Below the pieces are notes generated by a model. The model worked only from the letters and a program-made list of their open reading frames with translations, was not told the origin of the DNA and did no database searches. 64,000 nucleotides of DNA from Candidatus Nomurabacteria bacterium (GTDB lineage: Bacteria; Patescibacteriota; Minisyncoccia; Phycocordibacterales; SBAW01). Within the stretch, counting starts at the first letter, position 1, and the number at the start of each line of letters is the position of its first letter. The translations under genes and the position numbers were made by a program. Below, piece after piece: positions 28,163-36,925 of this stretch. The stretch covers positions 115,750 through 179,749 of the forward strand of contig CALQZS010000002.1 of the NCBI GenBank assembly GCA_943349945.1, read 5' to 3'.

Positions 28163-28498
28163 ATGTCCAAACAACCTGTAGATCGTTCCGTTATTGAACC
28201 GTTCCTCAAGGCCGTCGTCGGCCTGGTGCGGCAGGAGCACCCGGACCTGACGGCCAGACAGATGGCCACCTTGCTCATCTGCTACACGGAGAGTGAGTTA
28301 CAGACCGTCCGCGGCCTGGCCGTGAAGTTGAATGTCTCGAAGCCGGCCGTAAGCCGGGCGCTCGACCGGCTGGCCGAATTCGACTTCATCCAGCGCAAGA
28401 CCGACCCGACCGACAAGCGGAGTGTGCTGATGCAACGCACGCTCCGAGGCAACCAGTTCGTGAAAGGCCTGGAGCGCATCCTCAAGTCCAAAGCGTAA
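28163..28498 (+). CDS. MarR-family transcriptional regulator
   Basis: Winged-helix region LAVKLNVSKPAVSRALDRL…DPTDKR. AAGGAAG RBS. GC-rich. Confidence 0.7.
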   Translation: MSKQPVDRSVIEPFLKAVVGLVRQEHPDLTARQMATLLICYTESELQTVRGLAVKLNVSKPAVSRALDRLAEFDFIQRKTDPTDKRSVLMQRTLRGNQFVKGLERILKSKA

Positions 28499-28571
28499 CC
28501 GGCGAACGTCCCCCAAACCTACATAGGCTTGGGGGATACTTTTTTTACTTTAAAATAAAGAGCGTATACTT

Positions 28572-29054
28572 ATGCGTATGGATAATGACATAAGCCGCGC
28601 GCGCACCGATGCATTAGTATTTTTAAAACGTCACAAAACAGCAGTACTTGCCACCTCGTCTTTGACCGGCGAGCCGCACGCGAGCATGGTCTTTTATGTC
28701 GCGGACAACAACTTCGGCGTCCACTTTATCACCCGCATAGACAGCCGAAAGTACGAAGCAATTAAAGCCAATCCGCATGTGGCCATAACCGTCGCTACCG
28801 CCGACATCCCCCAAACACTACAGATAGAAGGCATCGCCACAGACATCAGCCAAAACAATCAGATATCCAGCATGAAGCCCGAGCTGTTTGAGGTGTTGCA
28901 GTCCAACCACTGGTTTTATGCACCTATTACCAAACTCGACCCATCGTCCCCTGTCGAAATTCGCATCGAGCCTACGTGGATACGCTGGGCAGACTATGCC
29001 TTTGAGCAAGACGGCAACGAGCACGTCTTTAAAGAAATCCCTATCCTTGGATAG
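28572..29054 (+). CDS. Pyridoxamine 5'-phosphate oxidase-like FMN-binding split-barrel protein
   Basis: 160 aa. The pattern of the KTAVLAT…VFYV…ITVA strands is PNPOx-like. Confidence 0.6.
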   Translation: MRMDNDISRARTDALVFLKRHKTAVLATSSLTGEPHASMVFYVADNNFGVHFITRIDSRKYEAIKANPHVAITVATADIPQTLQIEGIATDISQNNQISSMKPELFEVLQSNHWFYAPITKLDPSSPVEIRIEPTWIRWADYAFEQDGNEHVFKEIPILG

Positions 29055-29067
29055 GTTGGTTTTTTGC

Positions 29068-30351
29068 TTAGGGAATTTTGATACTCCCCGCAGCTGCTTC
29101 GTCGTTTCTTTGTACAACACCAGGGGGCACTTCGGGTACAGCTTTTGGCCGGAGCGCCACGAGCGCAAAAGCAGCGGTGAGCACCGCGGCAATACCGCCC
29201 ACCCCAAGCGCCCACCTGCCGCCTGCAAACTCGCCTACAAAACCTATGATCGGCCCACCTATCGGGGTCGAGCCCATCATAGCCATCCCCCACAGAGCCA
29301 TCACACGCCCGCGCATGTGCGGCGCGCTTTCTAGCTGGAGCATGGTGTTGCCCAGCGAGGTTACGTTTATAGAAAAAAATCCGACCACCACCATACCCAC
29401 CGCCGCAAGCAGCAGCGTAGGCATCAACGCCACAGCCAACAAGCTTGCACCAAAGAGTCCTATAAACACACTCAGGTGGTGCGGCGCCACGCTGTGCCTC
29501 CCCGCCGCAAACAAACCACCCACCACCGAGCCCGCCCCCATAGCCGCCAAAAGCAGCGCGTAGCTTTTTGCATCACCCCAAAAGACGTCGTGCGCCAAAA
29601 GCGCCAGACTGATTTGAAATTCGAATACAAACGTACCAATAACCGCCATCATCAAAAGCGTGTTGCGTATCAGCGGCACCGACCACACATACCGCAAACC
29701 CTCGAGCACTTGGCCGCGCTGTTTTTGCTTGGTGGGGGCGCCGTGGAGCGAGGCGCCCCGCATCCGCCACAGCGTGGCAAGCGCCACTAGGTAGGTAAAG
29801 GCATTAAACAAAAAACAAAACCCGATACCAATGCCCGCAATAAGCACGCCCGCGATAGACGGCCCCACCGCACGCGCCAAGTTGTTGACCGTGGCGTTTA
29901 GGCTTATGGCGTTTTTAAGATGCTCTTGCCCCACCAACTCTACGACGAACGTCTGCCGCGCCGGGTTATCGAAAAGGCGCACCACCCCAAAGAGGGTTGC
30001 AAAGATATAGAGCAAAGGTAGCGTTACCATACCGACCATAATCAGCACCGAAAACCCGAGCGTCAAAATAAAAAAAGCGGCTTGGGTAGCGTAGAGCACA
30101 TGGCGTTTGTTGTACCTGTCTGCCACAAGCCCGCCCCACGGCCCGAGCAGCAGCATAGGCACAAACTGCAACGCCACCACCACCCCCAACTGCGTACCCG
30201 AACCAGTAACCACCAACACCAGCCAGCCCAGCGCCACTGTTTGCATCCAGGTACCAGAAAGCGACACGGCTTGCCCGATGCTGTACAGCCGATAGTTCCT
30301 TATGGCTAATGATGAAAAAGTTACGCGCCCAAAACGCCTGATGCGGTCCAT
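29068..30351 (-). CDS. MFS transporter (efflux-type, 12 TM)
   Basis: 427 aa, 12 predicted helices. The GxLaDrxGrr-like motif is seen as GGLVADRYNKR. Confidence 0.8.
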   Translation of the reverse strand: MDRIRRFGRVTFSSLAIRNYRLYSIGQAVSLSGTWMQTVALGWLVLVVTGSGTQLGVVVALQFVPMLLLGPWGGLVADRYNKRHVLYATQAAFFILTLGFSVLIMVGMVTLPLLYIFATLFGVVRLFDNPARQTFVVELVGQEHLKNAISLNATVNNLARAVGPSIAGVLIAGIGIGFCFLFNAFTYLVALATLWRMRGASLHGAPTKQKQRGQVLEGLRYVWSVPLIRNTLLMMAVIGTFVFEFQISLALLAHDVFWGDAKSYALLLAAMGAGSVVGGLFAAGRHSVAPHHLSVFIGLFGASLLAVALMPTLLLAAVGMVVVGFFSINVTSLGNTMLQLESAPHMRGRVMALWGMAMMGSTPIGGPIIGFVGEFAGGRWALGVGGIAAVLTAAFALVALRPKAVPEVPPGVVQRNDEAAAGSIKIP

Positions 30352-30435
30352 GTTACTGCTCTTTGCTTACGCACAACGCCCAATAATATATGTACTGTAC
30401 GCTACAGCGCGCTATATACCAAATATACACATCAA

Positions 30436-30456
30436 CCCACAAGTCAGACTTGTGGG
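30436..30456. promoter_or_regulatory. 21-nt perfect palindrome cccacaagtcagacttgtggg (candidate operator)
   Basis: 10-1-10 palindrome about 28 nt upstream of a consensus -35. A second imperfect palindrome lies at 30460-30482. The same 17-mer recurs at 42692. Confidence 0.4.
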
Positions 30457-30484
30457 AGACTAACACAGTCTGACTGCGTTAGAT

Positions 30485-30513
30485 TTGACAAAACGGTTTA
30501 AGTTTGATATAAT
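30485..30513 (+). promoter_or_regulatory. Consensus sigma-70-type promoter (TTGACA-17-TATAAT)
   Basis: TTGACA at 30485-30490, 17-nt spacer, TATAAT at 30508-30513, then TAAAGGA and ATG at 30521. Confidence 0.55.
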
Positions 30514-30520
30514 TAAAGGA

Positions 30521-30829
30521 ATGGCTGATATAAGCACCTACCAGTGTTCCAACCAAAAATGCAGTTTTGTGGTGCGCCTTGCAGGCGACTTCCCGCTGTG
30601 GCATGCAGACACCCCCAAAGAGCTGCGCACCCCAAAGGTGGCACCCCATGCCGCCAAGCACCTCGTGCGCATGCGCACCGAGACACTCTGCCGCGGCTGC
30701 CAAAAGGTAGTCGAGCTTGTGGACGCACCGTGCCCCCACTGCCAAGCCGCACTTGCGCCCACGGGGACAAACCACCCCTGCCCACGCTGCGCGGGCGTGT
30801 TTGTGCTCACCAAGCTTTCGGTACTCTAG
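30521..30829 (+). CDS. Cys-rich zinc-ribbon hypothetical protein
   Basis: Start MADISTYQC…. The CxxC…CxxC…CPHC…CPRC pairs suggest two zinc ribbons. GC-rich. Confidence 0.45.
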   Translation: MADISTYQCSNQKCSFVVRLAGDFPLWHADTPKELRTPKVAPHAAKHLVRMRTETLCRGCQKVVELVDAPCPHCQAALAPTGTNHPCPRCAGVFVLTKLSVL

Positions 30830-30996
30830 CCGTGCTTCTTATCCACACACAGGCCTTGCGCACGCGTGATTGACAAAAAGGTTAGATATGCTATCCTAGG
30901 TTCATCAAGTCAGCGCTGTCTCTATGAGACAAGGATCGACTCTCCTCTGGCGGCAAACTGTTTGATATTTTATCCACCTCTCTTACAACCAACAAA

Positions 30997-31197
30997 ATGG
31001 AAGAAGGAATTGTAGCCCGCGTCACTGACAAAGGCTTTGGTTTCATCAAGCGCGATGGTCAGGAAAAAGATCTCTTTTTTCACTCCAACGAGCTCGTGAA
31101 CATCGCATTCAACGACATCCGCGAAGGTGACAAAGTGACTTTTGAAGTTGCAGACAGTCCAAAAGGACCAAACGCAATCAAGGTCAGCAAAATCTAA
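30997..31197 (+). CDS. cspA: Cold-shock protein (CspA family)
   Basis: 66 aa. KGFGFI and FFHS RNP motifs. Long 5' UTR. Confidence 0.9.
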   Translation: MEEGIVARVTDKGFGFIKRDGQEKDLFFHSNELVNIAFNDIREGDKVTFEVADSPKGPNAIKVSKI

Positions 31198-31216
31198 GCG
31201 TTTGTTTGATAAAAAA

Positions 31217-31250
31217 ACACCCCCGGTAAAACGGAGGTGTTTTTTTATTT
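31217..31250. terminator. Bidirectional terminator
   Basis: cacccccggtaaaacggaggtg followed by TTTTTTTATTT. Lies between the convergent cspA and SET genes. Confidence 0.55.
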
Positions 31251-31673
31251 CTCAGGCTGGCACTTACTGCAACGACACCCTTTTGGCTTTATGTATTCGT
31301 CAAAAAACTCGGTGTCGTAGTCGTAGTTAAGCTCCTCGCCCTCTTTTATATTGCGCTTTGCTAAAATAAACACGCGCTCTTTGTGGATGTCTATCTCGCA
31401 GTTAGGGCGGCACGAGTGGTTTATATAGCGCGCCGTGTTGGAACGTGCGCCACCGTCTATGGTTTTGGTCTTGCTTACCTCAAACAAGTACTGACTGGTG
31501 ATGGTCTCGTCCTCGCCCTTTTCGAGCGTACGGCCCACATACTCGATAACGCACGCGCCTTTGGGTATTGGCTCGCCCGCAAACAGCCCCAACCCCGCCT
31601 TTGAGCGCTTGACCTTAAGCACAAAACCGCGTGGCTCGAACTTTTTCCATTTCTTTTTTTGCATAGTATTCAA
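31245..31673 (-). CDS. SET-domain protein (lysine methyltransferase fold)
   Basis: NHSCRPNC and ELNYDYD motifs, with the post-SET cysteines CRCSKC. Confidence 0.75.
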   Translation of the reverse strand: MNTMQKKKWKKFEPRGFVLKVKRSKAGLGLFAGEPIPKGACVIEYVGRTLEKGEDETITSQYLFEVSKTKTIDGGARSNTARYINHSCRPNCEIDIHKERVFILAKRNIKEGEELNYDYDTEFFDEYIKPKGCRCSKCQPEK

Positions 31674-31741
31674 TATGTCTGCCCTATCACAACACTACCG
31701 CACCCACTTTGAGGATGCGGTAGCCGTGATACGCAGAGCGG

Positions 31742-31900
31742 TTATTCTGTTTTTGCTTTGCCCAAGATCTTGAACATCTTTGTGCCGCACACGGTGCACA
31801 CGCCTTGCATTGCCCGGCGACCACCCTTCATCTCTACCTCGTTTGGATCCTGCATGTCGCGCTTCTCTCGGCACTTAACACAATAGGCTACTTCTGCCAT
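31742..31900 (-). CDS. Mini zinc-ribbon protein (52 aa, DUF5679-like)
   Basis: MAEVAYCVKC…CTVCGTK. It occupies the C-terminal part of a longer track ORF. Confidence 0.45.
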   Translation of the reverse strand: MAEVAYCVKCREKRDMQDPNEVEMKGGRRAMQGVCTVCGTKMFKILGKAKTE

Positions 31901-31970
31901 AGCAAAATTACTAATGAATAATACACACCAGTATACCCCACCCTGTGCCGCTTGCGTATACCAGTGTGGT

Positions 31971-32444
31971 CTAGCGCGTATACCACTCTCTGGTACGAAC
32001 CAGCACATACACCCCACCAACCACCATCCCGGCAATAGCAGCACTGGCTGCAATATCAACCACATGATGGACATCTGCCAATACACGCGACACGCCGACA
32101 CACAACGCAAGCGCCCATAGCAGCAGCCCAACAGGGCGGCTGTATACCAACACCACAGACGCCAAGGCGGTGGCCAACAAGGTATGGTCTGAGGGGAAGC
32201 CGTTGTCCGCCACATGCGCCACCAAAGGCGTGCTGTTTTCTACCACAAACGGTCGTGCGTTGTAATAGAGAAGCGACACGGTCTTTGCAACGCCATAGGC
32301 AAGCGGCAAGGCCAATGCCGCCAAAGCGAACAAGCGTCGCCGCACCACAGAGGGTGCATACAGTACATACAAAAGAAACACCAAGACCGAGAGCGCAATA
32401 AGATACTTGGCACCAAAAATAACCAGCATATCTGCAACGGGCAT
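31971..32444 (-). CDS. PAP2-family membrane phosphatase (undecaprenyl-diphosphatase / PgpB-like)
   Basis: KX6RP (YNARPF), PSDH, SRVLADVHHVVD motifs. Confidence 0.7.
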   Translation of the reverse strand: MPVADMLVIFGAKYLIALSVLVFLLYVLYAPSVVRRRLFALAALALPLAYGVAKTVSLLYYNARPFVVENSTPLVAHVADNGFPSDHTLLATALASVVLVYSRPVGLLLWALALCVGVSRVLADVHHVVDIAASAAIAGMVVGGVYVLVRTREWYTR

Positions 32445-32515
32445 GCCTTATAGTGTACCGCATGTTTTCCCCAAGCACCCTTGGCAGGCAAAATTTCAGC
32501 GTATACTGGGTATAC

Positions 32516-32869
32516 ATGGAGCACCTCGCACACTACGAAAAAGAAGAACGACCGTGGGGCACTTTTGAGCGCTTTACCCAAAACGAAGCGACGACAGTCA
32601 AGATAATTACCGTGCACGAAGGCGAGGCACTTAGCCTGCAGACACACGCACACCGCGACGAATTTTGGCGCATACTCTCGGGCACGGGTACAGCAACACG
32701 AGGCACCGACACATTGCAGATGCAGGCAGGAGACACACTACACTGCCCGCGCGCCACACCGCACCGCATGGAGGGCGGCAAAGGCGGCATAGTGTTTTTA
32801 GAAATTGCATTCGGGGACTTTGACGAAGGAGATATCGTCCGGTTGGAAGACCGCTACAATAGAGCATGA
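32516..32869 (+). CDS. Cupin resembling the mannose-6-phosphate isomerase type-II C-terminal domain
   Basis: ERPWGTFE…ITVHEGEALSLQTHAHRDEFWRIL. Start at the internal Met. Confidence 0.6.
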   Translation: MEHLAHYEKEERPWGTFERFTQNEATTVKIITVHEGEALSLQTHAHRDEFWRILSGTGTATRGTDTLQMQAGDTLHCPRATPHRMEGGKGGIVFLEIAFGDFDEGDIVRLEDRYNRA

Positions 32870-33954
32870 CGTTTGTGTACATAGGGTTTTTGGTATTTTT
32901 ACTTATAGCTTTTGTAGCGCTGTACCTGCGCGGCCGCACCCGCGCCCCGCTTGCCCTAGCGCGCGTAGCACAAAACCCCATACTCGAGCCCATTGCCGAA
33001 CATGCCTGGGAGTCTGAAGGGGTGTTTAACCCTGCTGCTATATATGAAGGCGGGCGAGTGCATTTGTTGTATCGTGCGCTCGGCTCGGACGGCATCTCGC
33101 GCATAGGCTATGCGTCCAGCAAAGACGGCCTACACTTTGACGAGCGGCTTCCCTACCCTATTTATTCGCCAACGCGCGACTTTGGCGTACCCACCAAACC
33201 AAAAGGCCCTCTTTCGTATGACACTGTGGTGTACCCGTCGGGCGGCGGGTGGGGCGGGTCGGAAGACCCGCGGACAGTGCGCATAGACGACCATGTGTAC
33301 ATGTCGTTTGTAGCGTTTGACGGGTGGGGGTTTGTACGGATGGCGTTGACCTCGATTTTGCACCGCAATTTGCTCGAAAAAAATTGGGACTGGAAGAAGC
33401 CCGCGTTCCTCTCGCCTCCGGGCGAAATACAAAAAAATTGGCTGCTCTTTCCTAAAAAAATAGGCGGTAAGTACGCCATACTCCACAGTATTTCGCCCGA
33501 GGTACGCATCGCCTACGTCGATACTTTAGAAGAATTTGACGGTACCAAGTTTATCGAAGGCTCGTACCGCAGTGGCGGCCGCCCCGAACACTGGGACAAG
33601 TCGGTACGCGGCGCCGGCGCCCCACCCATAGAGACCCCCGAAGGTTGGTTGCTCTTTTATCATGCTATGGACCCGGGCGACCCTAGCGTGGGCTACAAAG
33701 TGGGCGCGCTGCTGCTCGACCTCGACGACCCTAGTGTGGTGCGTTATCGCTCGAAGGCCCCCGTGCTTGAGCCCACACAGTGGTATGAAAACGACTGGAA
33801 GCCCGGCGTGGTGTATGTATCGGGCGCGGTGGTTGTGGGTGGTGACTTGTTGGTCTACTACGGAGGAGGAGACAAACGCATCGCCGCCGCAAAAACAAAT
33901 CTTGCTGCTTTTGTGCGGGCACTTACCCGCGGCGAGCACGCAGTGCTGACGTAG
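32866..33954 (+). CDS. GH130-family (DUF377) beta-mannoside phosphorylase-like protein with N-terminal TM anchor
   Basis: QNPILEP…WE…GVFNPAA…LLYRA and GSEDPR motifs. N-terminal hydrophobic helix. Confidence 0.7.
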   Translation: MTFVYIGFLVFLLIAFVALYLRGRTRAPLALARVAQNPILEPIAEHAWESEGVFNPAAIYEGGRVHLLYRALGSDGISRIGYASSKDGLHFDERLPYPIYSPTRDFGVPTKPKGPLSYDTVVYPSGGGWGGSEDPRTVRIDDHVYMSFVAFDGWGFVRMALTSILHRNLLEKNWDWKKPAFLSPPGEIQKNWLLFPKKIGGKYAILHSISPEVRIAYVDTLEEFDGTKFIEGSYRSGGRPEHWDKSVRGAGAPPIETPEGWLLFYHAMDPGDPSVGYKVGALLLDLDDPSVVRYRSKAPVLEPTQWYENDWKPGVVYVSGAVVVGGDLLVYYGGGDKRIAAAKTNLAAFVRALTRGEHAVLT

Positions 33955-34007
33955 CGCACCGACAAAACGCATACTCGAAAAAATAGTGGGGTATACTAAA
34001 TACAAAC

Positions 34008-35933
34008 ATGTACGTTATACGACGCTCACCACACAACCCGCTTATCTCCCCCATCGCCGACAAGCAGTGGGAGTCTCGGGGCACCTTTAACCCAAGCCCT
34101 ATCAAAAAAGGTAACATCACGCACCTGCTCTATCGCGCACTAAGCCGCCCCGACACACTGTTGGCGCCGTCGGGCATATCCACCATAGGCAAAGCGCTGT
34201 CGCTCGACGGCAAGCACTTTCAAAACCGACGACAATTTATTGTCCCAGAAGAGCCGTGGGAGAAATACGGCTGCGAAGACCCGCGCGTGACCTTTTTTGA
34301 GGGACAATACTTCATTTTTTATACTGCACTGGGTGGCATGCCTTTTGGCCCAGGGAATATTAAAGTTGCATGCGCCATATCCAAAGACCTAGAGACGATA
34401 CAGTCCAAACACCTAGTAACACCCTTTAACGCCAAGGCTATGGCGCTCTTTCCTGACCGAATAAACGGCAAGATAACGGTGATTTTGACCGCACACACCG
34501 ACCAACCGCCTGCGCGCATCGCCATAGCCCAGTGCGACCGTATAGAAGAGCTGTGGGATTTGTCGTTTTGGGAAAAATGGCACGCCGAGATGGATGAAAA
34601 CGTCATCAACCCGCTGCGGTTCGAGAACGACCATGTCGAAGTAGGCTCGGCACCCATCAAAACAAAAGACGGCTGGCTGCTGTTTTATTCCTACATCCAC
34701 AATTACTTTGGTGGCGGCGAACGCGTGTTTGGTGTAGAAGCCTTGCTGCTCGACTTGCAGGACCCACGGCAAATTATAGGACGCACCAAAGGCCCCATGC
34801 TGGTGCCCGAAGAAATTTACGAAAAGTACGGCATCGTACCCAACATCGTCTTCCCTACTGGAGCCTTGCTCGACAAAAACGGCTGTGTCGACGTGTACTA
34901 TGGTGCTGCAGACACGGTGTGCGCTAAAGCATCGCTCCACCTACCCGACCTGTTGAGCGCTATGATACCCGAACGCCGCGTCGACTTGGCTATACGCGCA
35001 AAAGAAAACCCAATACTTAAACCCATAGAAAGCCACCCTTGGGAGCGGCGTGCCGTCTTTAACCCCGCAGTACTCGACCTGGGCGGCATCGTACACATCC
35101 TGTACCGCGCCATGGGAGACGACAACACCTCTGTTATTGGTTATGCGGCATCCAAGAACGGCGTAAAAATAACCGAGCGCCTACCGGAGCCTATATACGT
35201 CCCCAGGGAAGACTTTGAGCTTAAAAAAGGTTCTCCGGACGGCAACTCTGGCTGCGAAGACCCACGCATCACCGTACTAGACGACATGGTGTATATGACC
35301 TACACCGCCTACGACGGCGTACATGCAACGCGTGTTGCCCTAACCTCTATGTCTTGCGAAGACTTTTTGGCACGCCGGTGGGACAAGTGGAGCAAGCCTG
35401 TACTCACCACACCCGAAGACATTAACGACAAAGACACTGCACTGATGCCCGAGAAAATAGGCGGCCAGTACATGTTGCTACACCGCATCGACCCGCAACT
35501 GTGCGCAGACTTCCTTGATACGCTCGACTTTAAAAAGAGCCGCCTTACGCGCTGTATCGAGATAATGGGCCCGCGCCCCGGCATGTGGGATTCCAAAAAG
35601 ATAGGTATTGCAGGGCCACCTATTAAAACAGACAAGGGCTGGCTGCTTATATACCACGGCGTGTCTAAAACCGGCACCTACCGCCTGGGAGCGGTACTGC
35701 TCGACCTTGCAAACCCTTCTATCGTACTGTCGCGCTCGGTGGATACCATTTTTGAACCTCTAGAGGAGTACGAGCGCATAGGCCTGGTGCATAACGCCGT
35801 TTTTTCTTGTGGTACGGTACTGCGCGACGACACACTCTATATATATTACGGTGGTGCAGATACGGTTATTGGCGTAGCCAAGGTATCACTCAAAAAATTG
35901 CTCAAAATCTTGCTACCGGATACACTGCAGTAA
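34008..35933 (+). CDS. Tandem double GH130-domain protein (641 aa)
   Basis: Two repeats of NP(L/I)…P(I)…WE…FNP…LYRA plus GCEDPR(V/I) motifs. Confidence 0.7.
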   Translation: MYVIRRSPHNPLISPIADKQWESRGTFNPSPIKKGNITHLLYRALSRPDTLLAPSGISTIGKALSLDGKHFQNRRQFIVPEEPWEKYGCEDPRVTFFEGQYFIFYTALGGMPFGPGNIKVACAISKDLETIQSKHLVTPFNAKAMALFPDRINGKITVILTAHTDQPPARIAIAQCDRIEELWDLSFWEKWHAEMDENVINPLRFENDHVEVGSAPIKTKDGWLLFYSYIHNYFGGGERVFGVEALLLDLQDPRQIIGRTKGPMLVPEEIYEKYGIVPNIVFPTGALLDKNGCVDVYYGAADTVCAKASLHLPDLLSAMIPERRVDLAIRAKENPILKPIESHPWERRAVFNPAVLDLGGIVHILYRAMGDDNTSVIGYAASKNGVKITERLPEPIYVPREDFELKKGSPDGNSGCEDPRITVLDDMVYMTYTAYDGVHATRVALTSMSCEDFLARRWDKWSKPVLTTPEDINDKDTALMPEKIGGQYMLLHRIDPQLCADFLDTLDFKKSRLTRCIEIMGPRPGMWDSKKIGIAGPPIKTDKGWLLIYHGVSKTGTYRLGAVLLDLANPSIVLSRSVDTIFEPLEEYERIGLVHNAVFSCGTVLRDDTLYIYYGGADTVIGVAKVSLKKLLKILLPDTLQ

Positions 35934-35941
35934 CTACCTCC

Positions 35942-36712
35942 ATGGCAATCCAACCAAAACTAATGGTATTTGACCTCGACGGCACCCTGGCCGAGAGCAA
36001 ACAGCGGATGTCCGCACAAATGGGAGACCTGCTTTCTGAGCTATTGCAAAAAATGCCTGTGGCCATTATGTCTGGCGGCAGTTGGAAGCAGTTTGAAAAG
36101 CAGTTTTTACCTGCACTCCCCACCGAAGAGAATCTTGATCGTTTGTACATATTTCCCGACAATGCGGCACAGTGTTTTGTGCACAAAAACGGCGCATGGC
36201 ATCCACAGTACGATAATGCATTTACTACTACGGAGCGGGACCATATCTTGCAAGCACTCGACGAAGCCTTAGCCGAAGTAGGCTTGGCCGACCCAGGCGC
36301 TAAAGTGTGGGGTAACCGTATAGAAGACCGCGGGGCAGAGATAACCTTTTCTGGTTTGGGACAAGATGCTCCACCAGAGGAAAAGCGCAATTGGGACCCC
36401 GACGGAAGCAAAAAACGCGCCTTGCGCGACGCGGTGGCTAAACGCCTACCGGAGTTTGCAGTGGGGGCAAACGGCTCTACATCTGTAGATATTACCCGCA
36501 AGGGCATCACCAAAGCCTACGGCATCAAGCGCCTCACCGAGATGACCCAGATATCGGCCGAGCAGATGCTGTACGTGGGCGACGCCCTGGACGAAGGCGG
36601 AAATGACGCGGTGGTTATCGAAACGGGCGTACCTACACACGCTGTTTTTGCCCCACGCGAAACAGAGGCCTTAATTGAAACCATCCTCCACTCCCACCAC
36701 ACAGCGCTGTAG
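35942..36712 (+). CDS. HAD-IIB hydrolase, eukaryote-type phosphomannomutase-like
   Basis: FDLDGTL motif I, MSGGS motif II, VGDALDEGGND motif IV. Start at the internal Met. Confidence 0.65.
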   Translation: MAIQPKLMVFDLDGTLAESKQRMSAQMGDLLSELLQKMPVAIMSGGSWKQFEKQFLPALPTEENLDRLYIFPDNAAQCFVHKNGAWHPQYDNAFTTTERDHILQALDEALAEVGLADPGAKVWGNRIEDRGAEITFSGLGQDAPPEEKRNWDPDGSKKRALRDAVAKRLPEFAVGANGSTSVDITRKGITKAYGIKRLTEMTQISAEQMLYVGDALDEGGNDAVVIETGVPTHAVFAPRETEALIETILHSHHTAL

Positions 36713-36925
36713 CAATTTTTTGACTCAAGTGGGAGAAAACTCTCGTTTTTGCACAAAAACGAGCACATAATTTGAATTAATGTATCTGTTTTGTGATTTT
36801 TTTGCGCGCAAGAGTTGATTTTTTATAAAAAAGTTCTCGGATTTGCTATACACATGCAAAAAACACCCGGGACAGGGGTATAATGTACTTCCCACTACCA
36901 GTTTTACTCATTTAAGAAAACGCGC

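Noticed and set aside
36713-36925. NrdR box upstream of nrdA
   Set aside because: Sequences such as tttgcacaaaaacgagcaca are only vaguely palindromic and do not fit the acaCwAtATaTwGtgt consensus. No nrdR gene is nearby.
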